Assembly (NCBI GenBank): GCA_002633005.1
Contig: NMRA01000481.1
Location: 62,001 to 126,000, forward strand
Length of the DNA stretch: 64,000 bases
Direction of reading: 5' to 3'
Origin: Phoronis australis
Taxonomy: Eukaryota > Animalia > Phoronida
Both the position numbers and the translations under genes were made by a program. The first letter of the stretch is position 1; every line of letters starts with the position of its first letter. The notes beneath the pieces were generated by a model. The model had not been told where the DNA came from, ran no database searches, and saw only the letters and a list, made by a program, of their open reading frames with translations. This document shows positions 24,101-39,100 of this stretch, one piece after another.

Positions 24101-27100
24101 CAACAATTATCGGCCTTTTGTTGTTTGTGCTGGGATCTCGTGGTGACACAACATGGCACGAAAAGGCAGCTTCACCTATCATGATACCAGCTCACATTTG
24201 CGTGATTTAACTAGCGTTTTCTTATTTTATTAAGGGTTTGCTAGAACTATCTGGTAAGCCCATTACATCTAAAACAACAAAATTTTGTTGAAGTTAGGCT
24301 TTAAGCTTCCATTCAAAAACGTTCACACTTCAACGTGAGATTTTACTGAGAAGTTATTCAGTACACCTCATATGTTATCAGACAACATAGTCTTTGGTGA
24401 TAACGAGGTAAATGGCCATATATGAGCAAAATGACAGGACTTACTGAGTTGAGTCAAATGCGTGTTCATCGATAACGTCCACAACTGACTTGAAAGGAAT
24501 CTTGGATGTGAGTGTGTGTCCATGGTAAACGATGGGTTCACCATTCAGGCCGTCCCATACATCAACTAAAATGAACAACAAATTAGTATACACTCAGAAT
24601 CACTGAACAAAATAAACTCGACTTTGCTTAAAAAAAACAACGCAGGGGTCCGTATAATCCACTTCCCAACCCATCATTTTGAATGACCTCTGGGATGTAA
24701 ATAGCAGCCAATGTTTTACTTTTATGACCAGCTTCTGTAATTATGAACAGTGAAACAGAGATGTAAGTGACATCATAAACTACACTCTTTATTGCTATAG
24801 AATGGGTTCACTTGCCAGTCTGTGCTACTCGTGGTCCAATTATGGCCATTTTAATAATCTAAAAACCCTCTACAGTGTACAGAATTCATTTGCATGGAAA
24901 CGAGTCAGTTCTTATATCAATACATAACAACTCCCTAAAGTTGCAAGCTCTGCCCAGCCCAGCGTAAACCACAACAAAAATGGCCGATCAGTTTTATTAA
25001 CTGTTCAGAACACTAGTAGCTGTAACACTCTCGTTAGTTGCCTCCGACAATTGAAAGGCGGGGCTCACCTTCGATACATCGACACCCTTTCTTTAATGCA
25101 CGTATGTATCCTGCTGTGCCTGATGGTCCTTTTAACTGGTCCTCCAATAAATACCTGCAGAAATATTCAGGTGAGTCATTCTAATCACCTAAATTACACC
25201 CACGTTTGCCTGATACACTTTTAGAGTTATCAATAAATGTACAGTCGTTGTTACATTTCACAGCTTGATGTAGAGTTTTAGTCATCCATCTGCAGTATTT
25301 TCATGATTATATTAGTTTATTAATTTAAAGTTGGCTACACAGTGTTCTCATATCCTGTCTGTGCAGGGCTCAATGCTTAGCATAACGTCGACTCGCCAAA
25401 TGCAACCTGGGAAAACTCCCAGGTTGCAAAACAGGAACTGAGCTCTGCAAACCTCATTGGCAGAGCTAAAAAAGAAATAAAAAATACACCTGAAGTGAAA
25501 AGTCGGCTACAAAACCAGCAAATAGCAAATCTTGTGTAGAAGCAACTGATATCACCCGGACGGCATTTACTTTTAGAAATATCTTGCATGCTGGGTCACA
25601 GCGAATTTCCAAAAAATTCCAACTCTCGTGCCCCTTTTCCCATGCAGAGTCTCAAAGTCGAACGTGAGCGTGCTCTTTCCATTTTTACGGAACAACTTTT
25701 CTGTAGTATTTTAAAAGTGTGCTCATACATGGCAAGGCGGCTTCAAAGCGACCTGCAGATCGCAAATGAAATCTGAGATGACATGCATTGGCGAATCAAG
25801 CCAAAATGAGTCCTGCTGTGGTTTGAGAGTAAAGTCATAACAAACCATTGGTAAGCAGACGACATATTCACTACAAATATTTAATGATGCTCAAGCCAAA
25901 CGTTACCTTGAACCCAAACATACTCGCTTTCCATAATTGCAAGAAAAATATTTTTTATAATGTTTATCACGCAAAATACAACGTACAATACTAAGAGTTG
26001 AGCCCAGAAAGCGCTAGAAAGCATTATATCTGGGCAAGGAAAATATTTAAAACTATACAGCTAAACAGATTGCTTTTAGACTAAATAACCTTAGTAAATT
26101 CAATAAGCACAGCGTTATTTACCATACTGGAGCACAACTCAAATGGAGAAAGGTATAGACCACTGTAATCAACAAATTATTTCAGAAGTGTGCAAAATGG
26201 ATGGCTACGGAAGAGGATTCCAGCACGCATTCACTTTGAACAATTAAAAAGAGCCAGCACGTCAACCATCTGAAGAGACACGTAAATCACTGTAAGTATA
26301 GTAGACTCCCACCAGTTTAAGACACACTATGAAGGACAAGTGAAATTTCATTTTCACATTTTTTCATAAAAGACATAGCACCGAATGGAGGTTTCCCCGT
26401 ATTCAAACTCTGTATGACAGCTACCACCAGATAATATTTTGAAAATTTATGGACACACACAAATGTGTTAGAAGCTTTTGAGAAAATGGAAAAAGCAATT
26501 TTGAAAATTATTGAAATTGGCAAAATTTTACTGTACCGTTGACTACAGGGAAAGGACTTTTATTACTAAAGCAGGTTTTCTATGCTTCACAAGATGGCTA
26601 AAGTCATGGAAATTTCCTTTACATACGTGTTGTGCGATGAAGCAATGAAATAGTGACAGAGAGGCTGCGTCATGTCCATACACGTCACTCGTTGGTCGGG
26701 GTCGAACACATCACATTCATCCGACAGTAAGTATGATTGGAAACCTGCGACGACAACAAATCACGTGACTAAATGGCTAACAAGATATGTGCAAGATGTT
26801 TAACTACAAAAGATAGTCCAAACGGTGAGCCACAGCACACATCAAGGCCGTAAACAAGTGAATGAATGAACGTAGCAGCTAGTTCATTCAACTGTTGTAT
26901 CGTTATGTCTTGACGTTTGCTGTCAGCTCAGCTACTCTTCACTACTGACAGATACTAACCTTGCACCTTTCTCAGTCTGGTGCCCTCAACAGATGAATGC
27001 AAAAGATGGTTTTAAACACTTTTATACAAATTTAAAGAAATCGAAAGTATTCCAACACATGGAAATCATTATAATAGTACAATAAGCAAGGAAAAGGCAA

Positions 27101-30100
27101 CCACTTTAGGTCTTATTTTAGTTTCCGGCAATGGAATCTGTTCCAAAAAGTGAAACACAACAATTTTCAGTTAAAGTACATCTTTGAAACAAAATAAAAC
27201 CCAACAGACTTATTTGTTTCAAATCCAGTTTCTGCAATCTCACATTTTTACGAAAGCAGTATTTTTGTGCGTCTTTCAGTACCCAAAATTAAATTAAAAC
27301 CCTCTATCGATATAGCGCAAATTACTCCGTGATTTAATTTGAAGAAAATTGACGAGAGAATGAAACTCCATGACTGAAGCAGTTCTCTTACAACAAAACC
27401 CGTACAAACAATCGCTGAAGAGCTTACCATCAATTCCTAAAAAGCCCTGTTTCCTGCCTTCTTCAGATGGCTCGTACTTTTGTATAATTCTCCAACTCTC
27501 CTCTGGCCCAACATCAACCATCTGAAAACAACAACCCTGGAGCTTAGCACCTGAGGGCCCACTGTCACACCAAGGCACAGTGCACGCCAAAAGCTTTGAA
27601 ACAAAATGACAGCTTTGGAGAACAGAGCACAAAGCATAATGCCAGACAGTTTCAAATGAATCTGATCATGTTCCAAAGTTAGCCGAATTTGGCCATTTTT
27701 GAAGATCCTATATCACCTTAAGTCACTTTTTATGAAACACACCCCTGACACCTGGTGGCTATCCAATTTGTCTTGCTCATTGGGCCCCACAGTAATAAGA
27801 TGAGATATTGTCGAGGATTTGAAGGGAAATGAAATACACGCATACAACATCTTCGTTGACAAACCAGACGTCAGATGTAAAAACATGGATAAAAGAAATT
27901 GCAACGCAAAATTTGTCCAGTTTTCTACAAGGAAATTTAACGTCTTGGTCACAAAAATGCAGCATTTGCTTTCAGTACCCAGGGAATATTCCATAGATAT
28001 AACCCCCAGGCCTATAAACCTACCTTCCATCAAATACTTTTCTTTTGATTAAGACCAATTACGACTAGCCATTATGAACTTGGTCTCAAATTGTTCCTTA
28101 GTTCAATATTGAAAGAACTGACAGTTTGTTGTTTCTTAAGACCAGGATCTACATGTTCACATGAATCTACACGTTGGCATAGATCTACACATTGGCATGG
28201 TCTCAATGAGTAACCCCACAGACAGATAACCTCACATCTGACCAAGGGACATTAGTTGAGAGCAATTTTATAGCATAAACTGTCTACATCAAAAGTTCGC
28301 TTCCTGGACAAAACGTGGATTTACATTCACTTTAAATAAACACATTGCACTCTCTCATTTCATTACGTTGCAACTCGCTGCACACATCCTTACCCCCTGT
28401 TCCGCTTCCAAGAACAGCTGAAGGTCGTCAACAGACATACAATCCTGGTTATTAGCATAGCTGAAACACAGAGAGCAACAAGAAATCAACACACCTCAAT
28501 ACTCAAATCCAAACTAAGTTGTGCACCGTCTTCCCTTCAAGCATTCTTGTTATCTAGATGAAGCATTCAACTTTCTTTGACCCAATTGGCATCAAAATGA
28601 GGTGATTACAAGACTACTGACACCTACTCGAGTTAGGTGTGGTCAATTTCCACCGTGACACCCCGGATTCTACTCTCCTCTCTGCAGAGGAAGAAAAACA
28701 CACCATATGATTGACCTAGTTTCGAAAAGTAGGGTCACTAACATACCTCTGAGCCCAGTCCACCCATCAAACCCACACAGATTTTAATTTTTTTAAATTC
28801 AGTTGAGTCACAACTCAATATTGTTAACATATTATAATTATGTTAATATTATTATAATTACAATATTAATAACAATATCAATAACAATATTAATAACAAT
28901 ATTAATAACAATTTATTAATTATGTATGCTCTGTAACGGTAAAACAATATTGGCATCTGAATGAACAATGAACTTAAAACAGAGATTAACACAACAGCAA
29001 TGTAAAACTTATGGCCAAGTCAGTGCCTTTCAGACAAGCAGCACTGTGGGTAAATGTCAAAGCACTCAAGAAGGCGCTGTAGTGTTCCAGGAAGGGGCTA
29101 TTGCTATCATGGCAAGGAAAATTTTAAAACAAATTTGTTAGAATAAAGACTATTTTGTGACTTTCATGATGACGCCGACAACAGAAAAAAGTTGACCTCT
29201 ACAAATTATTAGGTTCTAGTTGCAATATGACACATTAAGGAAAGCTTCAACGTTTGGCAGTCTAAAATTTTTGATAATGTTCTTTTAAATTTTGGACCCT
29301 AAGAACGAAATTTTCCATTGTTACTACAGGAAGGCATAACAATGTGACTCCTAATTAAACTTCCATTGAGTGCTCTTCAGGTAACATGACTATTACTTTG
29401 GGACATTAAGCTTCACACAATGGTGAGTGCCCAAAGCCTCTATCTAATTTCACGAGTCGTTAATCATGAGGCAAGCCAGATTTCTTGTTTTCAATGGTTA
29501 AAATGTGATCGGAAAGGGGCTCATTAGGCATCATTTATTGATTAGTAAATCACTTTAATCTTACTTTCGCTACTTGTTCAATCAACTTCCTCCACAAAGT
29601 TGTGTACAATTGACAATTATTTAGTAGCAGATGGAACTAAATTCACTATATTATCAGTTTTAAGGGTTCTGTTAACAGAAAACCGAATTTCTGAGCAAAT
29701 TTTGCTTCAGTAAAATCGGCATTAACTACAGAAAGATGTCGTAAAATCAAGCCAATGAAGTGTGCGCTTATCACGGGCGTACTGTTTTCAAAACCCAGAG
29801 AACGAACCAAGAAAATGACGTTCAGTAGATTGTTCTCCACTTACTAAACAGATGCAATGGAAAAGATGAAGAACAACTAGTCCCAGATAGTGCATGCCTC
29901 TCGTCCAGTCCTTAGCTCTATATGTCGATTAAATTTCATGACCGGTGATGAGCAGAACCACCTGGACGGTAGGTGTATTTTGACACTAGTGATCATACAG
30001 CTATCTGACATGACACCTCGGTTGGTGAAACAGGTACCCCAACTGAATGGCCCCTCCCGTGTATCTCTCCTATGTAAGTACACCCTGATGTGCACCCCGG

Positions 30101-33100
30101 CTCACCAAAAATCCATACTTATACACAGACACACAACCAATACTGATTATTCTGCGTGTTCGATGTAACTTAACACAGAGCATAATCAACGTAAATGACT
30201 GCCGTCATTAAGTACTCAAGTTTTCAAACCTACCCAACAAGCCTTTTTCAACAGATTTAATAAGCTCGGTTACATAACATTCACAGAAATACCAATTTGT
30301 GCAGAGCCTGAATGACGCAAAATGTCATGTTAAACAGTATAAATCTGATCATGCGGAAATTAGCTTCCTTTAATGACGCAAACTCCATTAATTAGAAACA
30401 TTCAAAGGCTAAGAAAGATCAACCAGGTAGACTAAGAGGCATTATTCAGAGACGGCTCGAGTTCCAAGCACCCCCCATAAAACACTTTGGGACCACCACT
30501 AATACTTAATAATGAGAATCGCATCCTCTCTCAAGTGATGAGCCAAAGAGGGCTGAGAGTATATCATTTCTCATAAGCTGCTCTCAAGTGACAAGCTCCA
30601 CAAGGCTGAGAATATATCATTTCTCATAAGCTGCTTTCAAGTGATAAGCTCAACAGGGCTGAGAATATATCATTTCTCATAAGCTGCTCTCAAGTGACCA
30701 GCTCATCAGGGCTGAGAATATATCATATCTATTCATTAACAGGACTCTCGGTGCAAACACTACAAACACTTGGCATTACTGACCGGACCAGCAGGAAGTA
30801 CATCTCCGGCTTCGTTACCATCTCTATGTATAGCTGTATAAACTCGTCCACTGTAATCCTGCCACGTTCATCCTCATTTTTGTTCATATCGACTTCCTAC
30901 AACAGGAAATGCCAATTTACACATCAATGACACTTAGTAATGACGTAGCACAGCCTGCCAGTTACAAGGATACTTTCATAATCATAAATCCCACATGAAG
31001 TGGCATGATTGCAAATCTCTGGTTGTGTAACTGTACCTAGGTTTATACAACTGCATCACGGTCGTAGTGGGGGTTCATATTAAATTGCTTCCAAGGCTAA
31101 GACATTTACTCCCATGAACTTGACTACTGGAAGCGAGCGCACTTTACTTGATCTAATGAATGGCGTTTGAAAAGAAAAGGGTACGAGTCACAGTCGTGGC
31201 GAGAACTAAGTAAGGGCTGGTCTTCATGGATCTGTCACGCATTACTGTCCGGCAATACTTAGAGACATAGTGTCCACACTTAACAACAGAGTGTCCACAC
31301 TTAACAACAGAGTCCACACTTAGTTTTCATACTGGGCAACTGAGTGTCCACAATTGATGACCGAGTGTCCACACAGTGACGGAGTGTGTTCACACTTAGT
31401 GATGGAGTGTTCAAACTTAGTGACGGAGGTTCACACCTAACGATGGGGTGACCACACTTAGCAACGAATCGTCACTCGAGGGTTTCGTCGCAGGCAAATC
31501 ACCGAGTGCGGACAATGGTTTCCACAATGCTTAAATATTCAAATATGCATTTCAATTTTAGGTTGAGCAAAAAATATAAAGATCAAACTACAGTTTTCCA
31601 TCTTGTAGTCTACATTAGGAAGGAACAAAAAAATTTTTCTTCATTCATGCAAACAAGAGTATGCATTACGTATCAGGTACTGCCACCTACTGAGAACAGC
31701 TGTTACACATGATATAATTACCAGACTGGCAAATGGCTGACTTGCACACTCACAAGGGTTGACAAGATAATTCTAGTTATACACGTTTCTTTAACTGTAT
31801 TAATAGGGTCTGAATAGTGCATATGTTGTCCACTTAAATCATTCATTCACTCATAAGGGATATCTCATACTAAGGTGAAAAGAATGACCTGTGTCACTAA
31901 GAGTCATGTGCGAGTGTTTCACCAACAACTGAATAAACGTACTCTTGTATTAGAACAGGGCAAAGTAACTCATGGTAACCACTGTCAATTGGGTCGCGTT
32001 GGCCAGTAGGCCGCACTTTACTTGATTCGCACACGGCCAGTTGCTGATGCTATGTCACTCTCTTAACTGGGGACACCCATCACCTACCAAGTCTGTACAT
32101 ATTCAGTTTATTTGACATTAGCCCCAACTATCAGGAAAAAATAATTGCAGTCTGGTACAACCTGTACCAGACGTGCGCAGGCCGCTTAGATGGGCCCATT
32201 GCACTGATCACCTGGAACCATTTTTGTACTTTATTACTATATAGATAAAACCGAATTGAAGAACTGGAGACCTGACTCAAGGGTCTAGGCTCCAGTGGGA
32301 CTCGAACCCACGACCTTGAGTAAAGGAGCTGACACTAATAACCCACAAGGCCACGATGTCTCCTCAACTATCGGGAAGATACAGTTCACTTACTTTGTGC
32401 GATATACGAGGATAATTACAGTATTCCTGACTTAAGTACATGTGACCTGATGATGACTCATTACACAGTACGATTAACGTTTACATCGATGCACTTTAAA
32501 ATCAGACAAAAACGCTTCTCGAAGACATAACAAATCTTGGGTCAGTTTCAACAATTGGAACGAGACCAAAACACATCCAATAATTAAATTTCACTATACA
32601 ATTCAAGCCTGGGCAATTTTTCCACCATGACAGTAGCCTATCTCGCCACAGCTCAAAGCCAACCAAATGTGGCGAAAACTAGATTTCAACTTAAATAAAT
32701 ACAGTTACTTCTTTTGTTCTGCACTGAATTAAGCAGATCCCTTTAGCATGGATAGTAACAGCGGGTAATTTCAGCTAGGATCTCCACAGTGGGTTGTAGA
32801 ACACACTCATTGTTGATCTTAAATCCTGAATTCAAGTCAGTGGGCCAGTCCCATTTCGGTGACCAATGACTACTTAAAAGTGAACATCTGTGGTCACTAG
32901 GATAAGTTACAATACGAGTTATAAGTATTCAGAGAAAACGGCCCAGAATTCCCCCGTCACGTCCACTGAATTCTTCGTCAGAGAACAATTCCCTCCTATT
33001 GATGTACAATTAACAGTCATTACCAATCAATTCTGGTATTAACAGAATCAGCAGTCGTGGGGGGGGACAGTTTTTGCCCATTACTTTAATTGCCTTGCAC

Positions 33101-36100
33101 TGTAGCTATTACTAAACCCAAGAACTCGTTAAAATATCAAACCTGCCTTTCAAACAAAGGAGATACTGTCATTGTTGTAAACAATTGTATAATCAGACCA
33201 GTTAGACACTTAACACCGAATAGATATTACCATTATGATAGTTCTTGGTAGGTGGTAATATCCTTCAGTTGCCGTGTGACTGGCTTGCCAGTTTAGCCGA
33301 CAAGGAAGAGTTTTCAAAATTTCCTTCAAACTTTTGCAGGTCGACGAGGGCTACAGAGCAAGCACTACGTTACTTTAGAGAACTGGATGGTGAAGTTGTT
33401 GTTAGTATTTATTTATAGAGCAAAACTGGGAGCATCATCCCTTTAATTTAATAACCACAGTGTTGTTCGAGTACCTGCAAATACACAGCACACAGCCATG
33501 TAGTACCGTAATTGGCAGCGCAATTTACTGCTATGAGTAGTTGTACAGGTAGGGGCCTCGGTGCACTGCTGTGCTCGGGGTTCTACGATACTGACAAGAC
33601 AACCCAGCTTCGAATGACAATTAGATAACGAAATGGACAGGAGAGAGCTGTCCGCAGGGCAATCAGTCAAACCACATATGGATTGAAGGCAAGTTTGTCT
33701 GCCAGTCAACGACCGTATAGCATGAGGCATCAGCAGGGAACGTACACCCAACCAGATATTTCAAATTAAGTCTAACCTTTGCATGAAGACTGACTAAACC
33801 CAAATTCGAATTGAAGGCGGAGCTTCATCCGCCACTTATAATCAGGCATAAAGAATGTGAAGAGTAAAAGCAAGCTGTCAATAAAACTCATCTATGGGCA
33901 GAAGGCGGAGCTTACTTATCAGGCAACACCATTATTTGTATGAGGCTTAGTTTTTATCTCATTTGGCCTAATCCTCCCCATTGCAAAAACCAATGTGACC
34001 CACCTTCAGTTTCTGTTGTATCCGACTGGTTGTCATCTCACTACTCAATCTCTTCATTAGTGTAACCACCTCAAACTCATCCAGGTAACCACATTCATCA
34101 ATGTCAGTGGACTGGAACATTTCACTTAGCCACCTGTAAACAAGTTATCAATTAGAAAAAGCTATTCTAACATAATTGTCAAAAACACTAACAATGACAA
34201 TTTTGCTCTAATCATCATTAACCAAAAGAAAACCATTACACAACACAAAATGTGAAAGTTAAAAAAAAATGATTTGTGCAAAACACTAAGTGAAGTTGAA
34301 AACCAAAACGAAGAAAAAGTATGACGCGCACATTTTAAGAATGTCATTTACATTTACTTAAAAAAAATCCACCATTAAGTTGCACTGAGATGACCCATGT
34401 TAAATACCAAATGATAAGAGATCATATTAAATCAGGGGGCAGTAACGAATCCTTGGCCACGTTTCTCAATTCAAGTTAAGATCTTCTAAATTCCAGCCAA
34501 ACAACAGATTTCAAACCAGTCCTGTGGTACAAATCCCCAGACAAGTGTACCCTTAACTCTTCACACGTGTCGAAAAAGCTCCACACCGGCAGACATGGAC
34601 CAAAACTCCAGTCCCGGAGACCAGTATGAGTGAGGAACTTGTTCCCTGGGTCTGGAGTTTGGTCACTATGTATCGATTATTTCAGCACGTGCGTGGAGTT
34701 TAAGAGACCAGAATTTGTATTGCAGGTTGGTGTCTGCAGGTTGGGTTCGGGCCTGGGGTTCAGAGGATCATACCTAGAATTTAGAGGCGCAGCCAAGGAA
34801 TTGTTTCCACACCCTGTGTAAATTTAACTGGTCATTCATTTTCCACCTGCCTTTCTAACTAATTATCAACTATTGGCGTCTGGTGACGATGACAACTGAA
34901 GTTACAAGGTGATGATTTTAAACCGATTCTAACAAGGTTTCGCACACACCCTACCTTTCACGCATTAACGTTCGCTCTGTTATAGCGTCATGACCTGCAA
35001 AGTTCAAAGTTCAAAGGTCATGGTTTGAAAGCACAGAACTGCTTTTGCAAGTCAATCTCAAGCAAACAATTGCTGCCTGGCTTAAATCAGTCAGTCATGG
35101 AAGACCAGTCATCATAGTACTTGAAATCGAATTTTAAAACATCTTTAACATTCTCCATTTTATTTTAATATGAACAGAAGATAGTGTCTATTATTTTGTC
35201 CTCGAGTATATTATGGTTTTACGTAGATGACTGCGTAATCCTATTTTGCACTTTATGTCTCCAGCGTTAAAGCAGAAATTTGATGCTGAATTCGAGATCT
35301 CAAGTTTTCATTGACGTTTGTGACTCGAATCTAGGGGTCATCAAGTACGAATTTGGGCTACGAACTCGTCTGAATAATCCATTACTCCAGCATAGAATAG
35401 TCAAGTACATTATTTGGAGAAGGGAAATTATTAAGAATATTTTCGAGTCTGATTTTGAGTAAAAATATTTTACCCTGAGCCCCGATGTGTATTGAATGAC
35501 GAGTTGTTGAATAAATACCTGCAGATGGTTGATAGTTTGAAAATTGTTGACCTTCATATATTTATACAAACTTCAATACATTCAAAAATGAAAGGATTAT
35601 TTTTCAATTGCTGATAAATCCATCTAATGTGTAGTTTGCTTCATTAGTAATTAGAGGCCACTGGGCAGAAGGAATACCTTCAATCATAAACTAAACTTCA
35701 AACTCATCCGAGCAGTATTGTAACTAAACAGGAATGAGCCAACTGGATCAAAATCTGGCAAAAACTAAGGGCCATTATAACTTGCACCATGCCATGCACG
35801 CCATCATAAATAGTTCGTATACAGCACAAATATCAAAAAAAATGTTCAACCATTCCTAATGTTGCTTAACTATTAATTCTGCACCCAGTTTTTACCTTGA
35901 AAACTTTATTGAGTTCTAGTTTGAAGTTAATTATTGTTTTAACTTGACACTGTTAGCATATCGCATTAATTCATCAATTCCCATTTATCAACTACTTATT
36001 AACCTTTCCAAACTGCTAGCGTGAACCTACTCTCAGCACATCAGTTAGAAGAACCCCGCTTAATGGCTGCTTGACATTCTAAAAATGTTCTGCTATCTAT

Positions 36101-39100
36101 TTGGTGACATTATATGTGTTTAACTAAAACTACCTCCGGTCAATTACAAAAGAAAATGAGTCATCCGTTTCCTTTTCATTAGTCTTCAAATTAACCTAAT
36201 TAGCTCAGGCGAGTACAGTACACCGTTCTTCTTCGTCTTCTTCTTATGACAGCACGTAAATAATTTTTGCCCCTCCCCTCCTTCCGAATTTCAGTGGACA
36301 TCGGTCAGTGCGAGATTGGCTGAGAATTTCAAAACGTGCACAACATAAGGTGGCTATGAATGATATTTGTTTGATGTCATAAATCTGTTCAAGAAAAAAT
36401 GCAGCTTGTTGGCTCTTTGAACTATTCCTTGCAGTCACTCCTGTTGGTCTTATGGCCGGCAGCAAGGCAAATTTTCGCTGAAAATTGAGATACCCCTCAG
36501 AGTTCAAATGCGCAAAAAAATCAATCAGGTTGACACCCACTGTTCAATTCTGGACATTTGGCATTCCGGATGCGCTGTCTACTGGTGCCTAGTAGTCACG
36601 CGCTAGTCATGGTTTTGGACTGAAAACTACCATTTTGGTGTATTTTTGGTCATTTTTCAATGATGGCAGACTAGTTTATAGTAGCTCTGAAAGTCAAGAA
36701 AATGCACTTTGAAAGTACATTTCTAAAATCAGAGAGCTGGTAAGCTTTATGAAGTGTCAATACCTGTAGACGAGAAAAAGATGGCTTCCCCTGAATTAAC
36801 CTTGCTTGGGGGGAGAAATCAGGCAAACATGTTGAGTGCCTCCTACAGTGCCATTTTGGGGAATTTTTGTTCCGGTTAATGTATTTGCTTTGTTTTTTAA
36901 TATGGCGAATTGTTATTCCGAATTGTACATGGTGAAACAACGGGCCAATGGAGTTGATTGCTTCAATAGATTGTGATTTTAGTTTTGACCCAATAAGCAC
37001 TACGGGGAATGTCTGAGATGGAAAGTAATGCAAACAAAGGTAAAATATTTTTTATTTTCTTCTAGAAATACTAGGAAGCTAAAACACTAAAACATTCACG
37101 TCACAGTATACTCATGTAAATTGGAGTGTGTCAGTTGACGTACTCTACTCAGTTAAAAGTATACTCACGTAGATTGGTAAATGACAGCGGATGAACACTG
37201 CTCAGTTCACAAAATACTCATGTAAATTAGGAAATGCTAATTCACCATGTCAAAGAATGTTAGAAAAAGTATTGTTTACAAAAATAGAGAGATTGAAATT
37301 GGACGTTTGACATTAACAATTTTTTTCTTTCGACAATATGTTTAGATTAATTTCATTAATCTCAGTCACTCATGAATTGACATGAGATCAGACTCTCGAG
37401 ACTTCTTCGTCCATACATTACCACTGACAGCTCAGTGGGGTCTTGACTATCCAAAACCCATCGGGGGTAATAAAACAATAGTCATATCAGTAAGGACCAT
37501 AAACCCTTTGTTAAGCTGTATTTACTTACACAGGGCAACTGGAACAGCTGTATGACTATGACCAGAGTTCACACACAACTACTTTCACTGACCCTGCATG
37601 CCAATTGACCTATTGCCAGGATTTTGAGAGAAGGTTTAACTGACCATTTAGAACACAGTATTATTTACACACCTTCGTTTCCAAGCCGCCATTTTACCCG
37701 ACAAACAACACGTTGCCGGGTAAAACTTATTGTTTGTTAGTCGAGATTACGCAAGGGGGCGGAGCTAGCGATAGGTCAATTTTAAAAGGTCTCATTGGCT
37801 ATTGTGTGTGAAGGACACCCATCATTAACAACCGTCACAACTACGAAGACTAGTTACCCCTTCCAAGCCCAAAATGGTCCATCCCAAGTCCAAACCAAGT
37901 TTGATCAACATTATTGTTTTGTCTGCATATGATTTCAAAGATAACATATTTAAAGCTGCATTTTCCCTTGTTTAACTCACTAAAATTGAAGACAGTATTA
38001 GGCCTTTTATTCCCAAAAAATTGGTGTCGCACTATTCATTACCATAATATGATTCTATTTCCGTTATAGAGCCCGGTTACAGGTAAGGGTACATGTGCCT
38101 GCCATTGGTCACACAAAATGCAGTTTTAGGGGTTGGCGAACACCTATGAATTGTGCAGCATTCTCATGGGCCGCCATTTTCAAATTCACAATTTTCGGGA
38201 TGGCCAAACCTAATAAACTCTTGAATATTTTCTTGCATGGTTTTGATGTTATTATTAGTAACGGAAATACACTCGTGCCGTGGTAAGGAATATCATGAGA
38301 CTAATTTTTTGAGAGTTATTAACTTACGTAAGCTAAACAGAGCAACAAGAAACTGCTGCAACAGGACAAAGAGTATTAATGGTAGAAGTTCTCCAGTTTC
38401 GACAGTCTCTGAAATTTGGAACACCAAAATTCTAGCTGAATTTGAATTTTCTTCTTTCTGAAGATTCGGCCTTGAGCAATTTTCATGTTCATCACATTTC
38501 TCAAATATCGAACACTGCATTTTGTATCAACAAAATTAGTCTAAAAATAGACTCAGGGCAGTATATACAATTGTTGAAAATAGCCAGCCATACAATGTTT
38601 TTTCGTGCGTACTTATAGTGTGCATGCGCGCACCCACGGGGGCTCAAATGAGCTCCCCCAATTGGCGAAGCGGGCAAAAAGGTGCGCCCCGAGAGACAAA
38701 AAGTCCAAGAAAACGGGACAAAAGTCCACTAAATAAGCGCCAAGTCACAATTCACAGAAGTGCTCCCATTTTTTTAGTCCCTGCTCTTTTGTTAGCAAAT
38801 GGTCCACAACATCGGGAATTCGAGCCCCCCCCCCATATCGAAGGCTGGGTGCGCGCTTGGTGTGTAACACGGTGGTAAATGATTTTTTGGTCAACCCCAA
38901 TTCCTGAATTTGGGACAGCCAACTGAATATTGATAATTTTGCTAATTTAGAACAGATTCCAATTTCAAGCAAAATAATTCATTTTCACCATTCCAAACTG
39001 GATAATTTTCACCATAGCACACACGCTAGTTTTACCGCAACTATTTCAAAACATTTCAAGCAGAACACTCATCCACCAAGCATTAAATTCCGATAGAGCA

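Noticed and set aside
30528-31466. Regularly spaced repeats that might be taken for CRISPR arrays
   Set aside because: Eukaryotic intron, no unique spacers of constant length, no cas genes; ordinary tandem repeats.
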